This document shows, in pieces, positions 7,567-14,636 of a stretch of 14,636 nucleotides of DNA. The stretch is from positions 1-14,636 of the forward strand of contig JBDHHQ010000099.1 in NCBI GenBank assembly GCA_039589315.1, given 5' to 3'. The notes below the pieces were generated by a model. That model was not told where the DNA came from and did not search any database. It worked only from the letters and a program-made list of their open reading frames with translations. Within the stretch, counting starts at the first letter, position 1. Each line of letters starts with the position of its first letter. The DNA is from Gemmatimonadota bacterium. GTDB taxonomy: Bacteria; Gemmatimonadota; Gemmatimonadetes; Longimicrobiales; Gaopeijiaceae. Position numbers and translations under genes: made by a program.

Positions 7567-9554
7567 AGGCCCGCCTCGGGCGGGGGCAGGAAGCCCTCCT
7601 CGATGAACGCCATGATGCCGAAGAGCGCACCCCAGGAGTGGAAATTGTCCGAGGACAGACGCGCGTCGTCCCCGGTGCCCGTGATCGACGAGTAGTTCTC
7701 GCTCACGTAGCCCTTCCTCCGCCACTCGGAGAGGAACATCGCCAATGACCTGGACGACAACTCGGCCGCCGCCTCATTGAATCCGCTCCGGCGGAGCGCC
7801 AGGTAGGTCAGGAAGTTGAGGGGAGGCCAGATCGCCCCCTTCCAGTACCGCTGTCGCTCGAAGTCCGGATCGTCCCGCGAGATCGAGGGAAGCACCCATT
7901 CGCCCCAGAACTCGGCCGGGTTCATGAGGTGCTCTTCGACCATGCGCGTGGCGCGCTCCGGGGAAGGCAGGTCGGTCAGCAGGGGGTAGAAGAGGGTGGG
8001 AGACCGGCGAAACGACGCCTCGCCCAGGTCGGTCCGATAGTTCAGATAGTAGCCGGACGCCTCGTCCCAGAGCCCCTCCAGGCCTTCGGCGAACCGTTCC
8101 GCCCGCTCCAGAAGCTCCTGGCGCTCCGCGTCTCGGCCCAGGGACTCGGCCAGGTCCGCCAACGCCAGACAGTCCGCCACGTACAGGCTGTTGAGCCCCA
8201 CGTCCTGGATCTCGAGCGTGTTCTTCTCGGGATTGAACGGCACACCGTCGTACATGGGCGAGTCGTCCATCCCCGTCTCGTAGCCGGCCGTTCTCTCCGT
8301 GCGTACGGCAGGCTCACGGAACGGGTTCTTGGCCTCGTGTGAGCCGTACGAGAGCAGTCCCCCGTTCAGGCGCCTCGTCGGCCACCAGCGGTTCCACGCC
8401 ACGAGCGCGTCGAAGACGGCTGCGCCGAACCAGGCCTCCGGGTAGCTCTTGTAGATCTCCCGCACCATCACACCGCCCACGGGAGGCTGGGAGCGGTCCC
8501 ACGACTTGGACCCGTTCCCCCGGTTATCGTTGGGAATGAAGCCTTCCGGGGTCAGGCCCTGCAGGTGCTCGATGACGTTGGCGAGCGCCAGGTCCCGGTC
8601 GGAGAGGCCGGCCATGTACGCCAGGAAGAAGTTGTCCCAGCCGAAGAAGGACGATCCGCCGTACTCCTCGTTCCACAGGCGACCCACCGTGGAAGTGATT
8701 CGGCCGCGCTTGGGCTCGTAGACCGTGTTCCAGGCGATGCCGGCCTGGACGGCCGTGAACGCCTCCGCCAAATCGCCGAAGTGCGCCGCTTCGAACTCCA
8801 GGGCGAGCCGTCCGGCCTCGATCATACCTTCGATCTCGGCCAACGAACGGCGCCGTCCGGTCGAGACGCCCAGGGGACGGTCCAGCACGATCACCTCGTG
8901 GGGCGACCCCGCTCGCACGTAGGGATCGTCCACCCCTGGCTCGGTCGCATAGAGCCGGACCTGGCCGGAAGGCGCGGTCGCCACCAGCGCTCCGTCGTCT
9001 CCGCGGGCGACGGTGCCTGGACGGTTCCAGAGCAGCATGGGTTCCAGCACCAGCTTGACCGGCATGGCCGCGTCCGCCAGCGGCTCCACCAGGACCACGA
9101 GGTCCCTGCCGTCCGCCGCCCACCGCACCCGGGCCCGAAGCTCCCGCCATTCGATCTCCAGCTCGGCGTAACGTCCGTCGTAACTCCTCGGGCCCGGCGT
9201 CACCTGTTCGGCGTCCTCACCGCCCCGCCCGATCAGCGCCTCCGTCAGATGCGCTTCGTCCAGCCACCAGTGCTGCTTGAATCCCAGGTTGAGGGCCAGG
9301 CCGTCGGGGAGATGGACCAGCCGCAGCACGCTCCGACTGTCCCAGGTGTTCCAGCCCCGGGCGAGCCGCTCCTGGATGGCCCGGTATTCCGGAAGGGTTA
9401 CGTCCGGTGCCGCCGGGTGCTCGGGCCGGCCGGCCTGTTCGGCGAGCGTGAGGGCGGCGGCGGGGTGCTCGGGCGCCTGGGCGACGGAGTCGGTCCCTGA
9501 CAGAACCAGGGCCAACAGCCCGAGCAGAGGAGCCGCTCGCCGCTCAACCGTCAC
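7563..9554 (-). CDS. Secreted GH63/MGH1-like (alpha/alpha)6 glycoside hydrolase (trehalase-like fold)
   Basis: GTG start (in-frame stop just upstream) and signal peptide. FGWDNFF, RSQPP, YETGMDDSP (putative catalytic Asp), YWKGAIWPPLN, SENY (putative catalytic Glu), FHSWG. Confidence 0.85.
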   Translation of the reverse strand: MTVERRAAPLLGLLALVLSGTDSVAQAPEHPAAALTLAEQAGRPEHPAAPDVTLPEYRAIQERLARGWNTWDSRSVLRLVHLPDGLALNLGFKQHWWLDEAHLTEALIGRGGEDAEQVTPGPRSYDGRYAELEIEWRELRARVRWAADGRDLVVLVEPLADAAMPVKLVLEPMLLWNRPGTVARGDDGALVATAPSGQVRLYATEPGVDDPYVRAGSPHEVIVLDRPLGVSTGRRRSLAEIEGMIEAGRLALEFEAAHFGDLAEAFTAVQAGIAWNTVYEPKRGRITSTVGRLWNEEYGGSSFFGWDNFFLAYMAGLSDRDLALANVIEHLQGLTPEGFIPNDNRGNGSKSWDRSQPPVGGVMVREIYKSYPEAWFGAAVFDALVAWNRWWPTRRLNGGLLSYGSHEAKNPFREPAVRTERTAGYETGMDDSPMYDGVPFNPEKNTLEIQDVGLNSLYVADCLALADLAESLGRDAERQELLERAERFAEGLEGLWDEASGYYLNYRTDLGEASFRRSPTLFYPLLTDLPSPERATRMVEEHLMNPAEFWGEWVLPSISRDDPDFERQRYWKGAIWPPLNFLTYLALRRSGFNEAAAELSSRSLAMFLSEWRRKGYVSENYSSITGTGDDARLSSDNFHSWGALFGIMAFIEEGFLPPPEAGL

Positions 9555-9645
9555 GGCGCTTCACCACGCTTTCTTCCGGGCGCATCATCTCCACGACGAG
9601 CGGCGGCGGGCTCGCTCTTCGCGTGGAATCCCCGAGCCCACTGCG

Positions 9646-10512
9646 TCAGAACGTGAGGCCTTCCAGGTAGCTGCGACTGCGCCGGATCGTCCGCATCGCG
9701 TCGTCGGGCAGGTCGTGCTCGACGAGGAAGTGCTCGAAGCCCGCGGCCCTGGACTGGGCGAAGATCGCCTCCCACGGGATGTCTCCGTCGCCCACGTCCA
9801 CCATCCGGCCGGTGCCGGCCTCCCTGCCCTTCACGTGACAGAGGGCGAACCGGCCCGGATGCGTCTCGAAGTAGCTCAGGACATCGCCGCCGCCGTGGGT
9901 GGTCCAGAAGAGATCGAGCTCGAAGGTGACCAGCGCCGGATCGGTCTCGTTCAGAAGGACGTCGAAGGGCCGTCCGCCGTCCACGGTCTCGAACTCGAAC
10001 TCGTGGTTGTGGTAGCCGAAGCGGATTCCCGCCTCCTGGCAGGCGAGGCCGAGCTGGTTCATCTCCTGAACCAGAGCTCGGTATCCCTCCAGCGAACCCC
10101 TGTCCTCTTCGGCCAGCCAGGGCAGGATCAGGTACCGGTGGCCGACGGTCGTAGCGGCCGCCAGGACTCCGCTCAGGTCTTCCCTGAACGCCTCGATGGG
10201 CACGTGGGCCGAGACCGGGTCCAGGCCGTGGGCGAGGAGCAGGTCACGGACCTCCTCCGGTGGGTGATCATAATACCCTGCGAACTCGACCTCGGTATAC
10301 CCGGCGTCGGCGACCGCCTCCAGAGTCCCGTTCATGTCTCTCACGAGAGCGTGCCGGACCGTGTACAACTGGAGCCCGATGGACGCGGGGGGCAGGGTGC
10401 GTTGGCCCGGTGGGGCGTCCAGGCCCCCCGGCTCATCCCGGCACGCGGCCAGGTACGCGGTGCCGCCGAGGGCCGCACCCGCGGTGACTTTGAGGAACGT
10501 CTTTCTGTTCAT
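9646..10512 (-). CDS. Sugar phosphate isomerase/epimerase (xylose-isomerase-like TIM barrel), putative 3-keto-glycoside lyase/hydratase; Tat lipoprotein
   Basis: ATG 10512; MNRKTFLK...YLAA-C. GLQLYTVR, GYTEVEFAG, GYHNHEFEF, FELDLFW, CHVK, DVGDGDIPW and LVEHD are metal-binding motifs of the AP-endonuclease-2/IolE-like family. Confidence 0.9.
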   Translation of the reverse strand: MNRKTFLKVTAGAALGGTAYLAACRDEPGGLDAPPGQRTLPPASIGLQLYTVRHALVRDMNGTLEAVADAGYTEVEFAGYYDHPPEEVRDLLLAHGLDPVSAHVPIEAFREDLSGVLAAATTVGHRYLILPWLAEEDRGSLEGYRALVQEMNQLGLACQEAGIRFGYHNHEFEFETVDGGRPFDVLLNETDPALVTFELDLFWTTHGGGDVLSYFETHPGRFALCHVKGREAGTGRMVDVGDGDIPWEAIFAQSRAAGFEHFLVEHDLPDDAMRTIRRSRSYLEGLTF

Positions 10513-10711
10513 GCTCGCTTGGGCGTCAGGGGTCGATTGCGTAACGGTATAGGCTGCCCATCGGAACCGAAAGCACCTTGCTACTCCAGGCCCCGTCTGA
10601 CCGGTTGCCGTACAGGACTCCGTGGGGGCCGGGGAGTGTTGGAGCCGAGGTGCACGTGTGCCATCCGACTGTGCTCGGGATTCGGCTCCTGTCCGGTCGG
10701 AATCCGCCGGT

Positions 10712-10740
10712 TTGAGATCCCGCCCCGTCGGTCCTAGAGT
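10712..10740 (+). promoter_or_regulatory. Sigma70-type promoter immediately upstream of the GMC start codon
   Basis: TTGAGA (10712-10717), exactly 17 nt, TAGAGT (10735-10740); GTG start follows 6 nt later. Confidence 0.65.
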
Positions 10741-10746
10741 TGTGCC

Positions 10747-12444
10747 GTGATGGTAACCGGGCGAAAGAGGGTCTACGACGCGATCGTCGTCGGTTCGGGC
10801 ATGACCGGCGGCTGGGCCGCCAAGGAGCTCACCGAGGCGGGCTTGGACACGTTGGTGCTCGAGGCGGGTCCCGCGGTCGTGCCCGAACGGGACTACGCCG
10901 AGCACACAGCGACGTGGGAGCTCCCGTACCGGGGCCTGAGAGACCGCCGACGCCAGGCGGCCGAGCAACCCATCCAGGCCGAGTGCTACGCCTGTGACGA
11001 GGTGGCCTCCAAGTTCTTCGTCAACGACCTGGAGAATCCCTACGTCCAGGCGGACGGCAAGCCGTTCTCATGGATTCGCGGTCGTCAGGTGGGCGGCCGC
11101 TCGATCATGTGGGCCCGGCAGGTATACCGGTGGAGCGATCTGGACTTCGAGGCCAACGCCCGTGAGGGGATCGGCATCGACTGGCCGATCCGCTACCGCG
11201 ATCTGTCCCCGTGGTACGATCGTGTCGACCGCTTCATCGGCGTGAGCGGTCGTGCGGAGCGGCTGCCGCAGCTCCCGGACGGCGTTTTCCAGGCGCCCAT
11301 GCGTATGAGCTGCGTCGAGCGGGCGGTCGGCGAAGCCGTGAACGCCGGGTTCGACGGAGAACGAAGGTGGACCATCGGCCGCGCTGCGGTGCTCACCGAG
11401 CAGCTGGGCGAGCGGGCCCCCTGTCACTACTGCGGACCCTGCCACCGGGGCTGTATCACGCGTTCCTACTTCAGCAGCCTGAACGCCACCCTTCCGGTCG
11501 CTGCGGCGACGGGCCGGATGACCCTGCGCCCCAACTCGGTCGTGCACAGCGTCGTGTGGGATCGTCGCCGAGGCAGGGTCAGCGGAGTGAGGGTGATCGA
11601 TCGGGAGAGCCACGACCACGTCGAGTTCGAGGGGAGCGTGATCTTTCTGGCGGCATCGGCGCTGGAGTCCACCCGGCTGCTGCTGAACTCCACCTCGACC
11701 GACTTCCCCGACGGGCTGGCCAACACGAGTGGCGTGCTGGGCCACTACCTCATGGATCACACGATGGGGGTCGGGGCGACGGCCGCGTTCCCGGACCTGC
11801 CGCGCCACCGGGAGCCGGGCCGTCGCCCCAACGGCATCTACGTGGCCCGCTTCCGCAACGTGACATCGGCCCACCCCGACTTCGTCCGGGGCTACGGCTT
11901 TCAGGGCTGGGGCCTGGAACAGGGCTGGGAACGGGCGATGGACAGGCCCGGCTTCGGTCCGGCCCTGAAGGAGCGGCTCAGCGAGGTGGGACCATGGCAG
12001 ATGGAAGTGGAGGCCTTCGGGGAGTGCTTGCCCAATCACGAGAACTACGTGGAGCTGGACCCGGACGCCGTCGACGCCTGGGGCATCCCCGTCCTCCGCA
12101 TTCACTGCCAGTGGGGTGACAACGAGCGCGCCATGAAGCGCGACATGGCCGTGACCGCCGCCGAGATGTTGGACGCCGCAGGGGGCCGCGACGTCGAGGC
12201 CCACGACCTGGACACGCCACCCGGCCTCACGATCCACGAGATGGGCACGGCTCGCATGGGCCACGATCCCGCAACGTCGGTCCTCAACCGTTTCAACCAG
12301 GCCCACGACGTGAAGAACCTGTTCGTGGTAGACGGGGCCGCCATGGCCTCGTCGGCGTGCCAGAACCCGTCGCTCACCTACATGGCCATGACGGCCCGGG
12401 CCTGCGCCTACGCCGTCGCGGCGAGTCGCAGCGGGGAGCTGTGA
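10747..12444 (+). CDS. GMC-family FAD oxidoreductase, glucoside/lactose 3-dehydrogenase catalytic-subunit type
   Basis: YDAIVVGSGMTGGWAAKEL (FAD binding), RGRQVGGRSIMWARQ, DWPIRY, Cys cluster CHYCGPCHRGC (Fe-S-type motif), GHYLMDH, IHEMGTARMG, CQNPSLTYMAMTARA. No signal peptide. Start is GTG 10747 or ATG 10750. Confidence 0.9.
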   Translation: MMVTGRKRVYDAIVVGSGMTGGWAAKELTEAGLDTLVLEAGPAVVPERDYAEHTATWELPYRGLRDRRRQAAEQPIQAECYACDEVASKFFVNDLENPYVQADGKPFSWIRGRQVGGRSIMWARQVYRWSDLDFEANAREGIGIDWPIRYRDLSPWYDRVDRFIGVSGRAERLPQLPDGVFQAPMRMSCVERAVGEAVNAGFDGERRWTIGRAAVLTEQLGERAPCHYCGPCHRGCITRSYFSSLNATLPVAAATGRMTLRPNSVVHSVVWDRRRGRVSGVRVIDRESHDHVEFEGSVIFLAASALESTRLLLNSTSTDFPDGLANTSGVLGHYLMDHTMGVGATAAFPDLPRHREPGRRPNGIYVARFRNVTSAHPDFVRGYGFQGWGLEQGWERAMDRPGFGPALKERLSEVGPWQMEVEAFGECLPNHENYVELDPDAVDAWGIPVLRIHCQWGDNERAMKRDMAVTAAEMLDAAGGRDVEAHDLDTPPGLTIHEMGTARMGHDPATSVLNRFNQAHDVKNLFVVDGAAMASSACQNPSLTYMAMTARACAYAVAASRSGEL

Positions 12445-14336
12445 GAGAGAGGCGGGTGAAGACCCCGCGTGGCGCCACCAGGGCTCGCGGGTGCCTCGTC
12501 GCTCTGCCATTGCTCACCTGGGCAGCGGTGTCTGCCGCCGCCCAGGACCCCGCCGTGGCGAGTTTTCGGCTGGCCGGCCTCGAGGTGTCCGTCGTGGGAG
12601 ACGCCGGCCCGTTCGACGTGTCCGTCACCACCCGAACGGCGGGGCAGGCTCTCGAGATCGCCACGCTCCGCCTGGAGAGCGTGGCGGCCTCGACCCCTCC
12701 TCCGCTGTCTCTCCGGTGGTCGCTCCCGTCTCACGACGTGTACGGGCTCTGGACCAGCGGTAGCGGATTCGATAAGGACCTGGGACCCGACTGGCACATG
12801 ACCACGGTCACCTCGATGCTCGCCCGGAATGCACCGGTGCTCACCATATACGGCGCAGACGACCAGAATCGACTCACCTTCGCGGTGTCGGACGCGCTGA
12901 ACTCGGTGACCCTGGGCACCGGCCTCCGGGAGGAGAACGGGCGCGTGCACGCCCGCATCGACCTGTTCCAGGAGAGGTACCGCGCCGTGAGCGCGGTCGA
13001 GATCGAGGTCCGCTTCGACCGGCGCCCGGTGCCGTACTACCTGGCCCTGGGCGACGTGGCCGCGTGGTGGGCCGACCAGCCCGGCTACGAGCCCGCCTCC
13101 GTCCCCGCGACGGCCCTCCTCCCCATGTACTCCAGCTGGTACAGCTATCACCAGAGCCTGGACGTGGAGGCGCTCCTGGGCGAGGTGGAGATCGCCAGGG
13201 GGTTGGGCTACGAGGCCATCATCATCGACGACGGCTGGCAAACCCTGGACAGCCAGCGCGGATACGCCTTCACCGGGGACTGGGAGCCCGAACGCATCCC
13301 GGACATGAAGGGCTTCGTGGATGCGGTACACGACCGGGGGATGAAGCTCCTCCTCTGGTACTCCGTGCCGCTGGTGGGGGAGCGGTCCAAGGTGCACGAG
13401 CGCTTTCGGGGCAAGTACCTGCGCTACTGGGACGGTCAGGGCGCCTACGAGCTCGATCCGCGCTACCCGGAGGTGCGCGAGCACATCATCGAGACCTACC
13501 GGAACGCCATCCGGGACTGGGGCGTGGACGGCTTCAAGCTCGACTTCCTCGGCCGCTTCGTCGCGAACGACGCCACGGTGCTGGATCTCGGAGACGGCCG
13601 GGACTTCGCGTCGGTGAACGAGGCCACCGATCGCCTGATGACGGATATCATGGGGGAGCTACAGGAGGTGAACCCGGACGTCATGGTCGAGTTCAGGCAA
13701 CCGTACATCGGTCCGCTCATGCGCAAGTATGGCAACATGTTCCGGGCCGGTGACGCGCCGAACGGGGCGGTCCTGAATCGGGTGCGTACCCTGGACCTGA
13801 GACTGCTCAGCGGATCCACCGCGGTCCACTCCGACATGCTCATGTGGCACTACGAGGAGCCGGTGGAGGATGCGGCACGGCAGATGCTGAACATCCTCTT
13901 TTCCGTGCCCCAGATGTCGGTGCGACTGGCAGGGGTTCCCGAGGAGCATCTGGCCATGATCCGGTACTACACGGCGTACTGGAACCGGAATCGCGACGTG
14001 CTGCTACACGGGTTCCTGGAGCCCGTGAGCCCGCTGTCCAACTACCCCATGGTCCGGGCCTCGGCCGAAGGCAAGCAGATCATCGCCCTGTACGAGCCGA
14101 TGATCGCCACGCCCAGCACGGCCGCACCGCTCGACCGGCTCGACGTGATCAACGCCACGCACACGTCCCGCGTGGTGCTCGAGGCGCCGTCCGACCTGGG
14201 TGCGTACCGCTACGTGGTCACCGACGTGATGGGCCGCGTCACGAGCGAGGGGACGACGAACCTCGTGGCAGGCGCCCACGCCTTCGACGTCCCCGTTTCC
14301 GGAATGATCGCCCTCGAGCGGAGCAGCGGAGGCTGA
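12441..14336 (+). CDS. Secreted GH36-type alpha-galactosidase (possibly alpha-GalNAc/GalN-ase)
   Basis: GTGA overlap with the GMC stop (alternative GTG 12456). Signal peptide ending VSAAA-QD. PMYSSWYSYHQ, IIIDDGWQ, DGFKLDF (nucleophile Asp) and FRAGD (acid/base Asp) motifs of clan GH-D. Confidence 0.85.
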   Translation: MRERRVKTPRGATRARGCLVALPLLTWAAVSAAAQDPAVASFRLAGLEVSVVGDAGPFDVSVTTRTAGQALEIATLRLESVAASTPPPLSLRWSLPSHDVYGLWTSGSGFDKDLGPDWHMTTVTSMLARNAPVLTIYGADDQNRLTFAVSDALNSVTLGTGLREENGRVHARIDLFQERYRAVSAVEIEVRFDRRPVPYYLALGDVAAWWADQPGYEPASVPATALLPMYSSWYSYHQSLDVEALLGEVEIARGLGYEAIIIDDGWQTLDSQRGYAFTGDWEPERIPDMKGFVDAVHDRGMKLLLWYSVPLVGERSKVHERFRGKYLRYWDGQGAYELDPRYPEVREHIIETYRNAIRDWGVDGFKLDFLGRFVANDATVLDLGDGRDFASVNEATDRLMTDIMGELQEVNPDVMVEFRQPYIGPLMRKYGNMFRAGDAPNGAVLNRVRTLDLRLLSGSTAVHSDMLMWHYEEPVEDAARQMLNILFSVPQMSVRLAGVPEEHLAMIRYYTAYWNRNRDVLLHGFLEPVSPLSNYPMVRASAEGKQIIALYEPMIATPSTAAPLDRLDVINATHTSRVVLEAPSDLGAYRYVVTDVMGRVTSEGTTNLVAGAHAFDVPVSGMIALERSSGG

Positions 14337-14452
14337 GGCGATCCCGGCGCTCGCCTGGCCTCCGGGAAGGAGGGCTGGTGCACCGCCCTGGGGCTCAACC
14401 GCCCTGGGTGCTCGCTAGAGGCTGCGCCGGTCCTGGTGCCCTGCCCTGGACG

Positions 14453-14635
14453 TCAGCGAAGCCGGGCCGAATACGCCACGTGCATCGAGTCGGCGGCCGC
14501 AGCCATGCACTGCAGCCGAACGTCCCCGTCGCCGTCACACTGCTTGTAGGCCGCCGCACCCGCGGTGACGTGGAGGAGCGCGCCGCCGTCTTCGAGAAAC
14601 GTTATCCGCATATAACCCGGCGCCCGCCGGCCCCA
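14453..14635 (-). CDS. C-terminal 60 aa of a gene entering from the right edge; resembles the tail of calcineurin-like metallophosphoesterases
   Basis: Open frame WGRRAPGYMRITFLEDGGALLHVTAG...VAYSARLR* with GC3-rich codons. The family guess rests only on the GYMRxxFxxDG pattern. Confidence 0.45.
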   Translation of the reverse strand, partial: WGRRAPGYMRITFLEDGGALLHVTAGAAAYKQCDGDGDVRLQCMAAAADSMHVAYSARLR

Positions 14636-14636
14636 T

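Noticed and set aside
9551..9775. 74-aa minus-strand ORF bridging TIM and GH63
   Set aside because: More than half overlaps the TIM gene out of frame, and the composition is not protein-like.
10544..10572. Minus-strand promoter TTTCGG-N17-TACCGT for the TIM operon
   Set aside because: The -35 match is too poor to support from sequence alone.
9277..10737. 486-aa + strand ORF and other long antisense ORFs (5016-5915, 6643-7695, 8565-9500, 11068-12510, 12408-13484)
   Set aside because: They lie antisense to well-supported genes, have no recognisable motifs, and are expected from GC3 bias.
10513..10968. 152-aa N-terminal extension of the TIM-barrel ORF
   Set aside because: It overlaps the GMC gene and the divergent promoter region; the Tat/lipoprotein signal begins at ATG 10512.
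1..14636. Mobile elements, RNA genes, defence systems or a dedicated transcription regulator
   Set aside because: No transposase, integrase, reverse transcriptase, tRNA/rRNA or HTH-regulator signature seen, and no convincing shared operator palindrome in the two divergent regions.

Overview
High-GC (~70%) bacterial window, gene style suggestive of Gemmatimonadota (inference only). It is almost entirely one carbohydrate-catabolism island. From left to right: the 3' part of a eukaryote-like (GALK2/plant GAL1-type) GHMP sugar kinase; an inserted BP74-like lipoprotein gene; a + strand operon (Tat-exported Gfo/Idh/MocA dehydrogenase and two DUF1080 proteins); a - strand operon (Tat-lipoprotein sugar-phosphate-isomerase/epimerase TIM barrel, secreted GH63-like hydrolase, sugar-1-P nucleotidyltransferase, SSS symporter); a + strand operon (GMC flavo-dehydrogenase with a Cys motif, secreted GH36); and the 3' end of one more gene. 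The most notable system is a complete 3-ketoglycoside (oxidation/elimination/hydration/reduction) toolkit with both NAD- and FAD-type dehydrogenases, combined with two classical hydrolases and a possible GalT-independent Gal/GalNAc salvage route. Non-coding highlights are an 8-unit 23-bp tandem array made of diverged copies of the SSS gene's own last codons plus stop codon, and a near-consensus sigma70 promoter that makes the GMC transcript look leaderless. All family calls come from motif recognition, not database searches.
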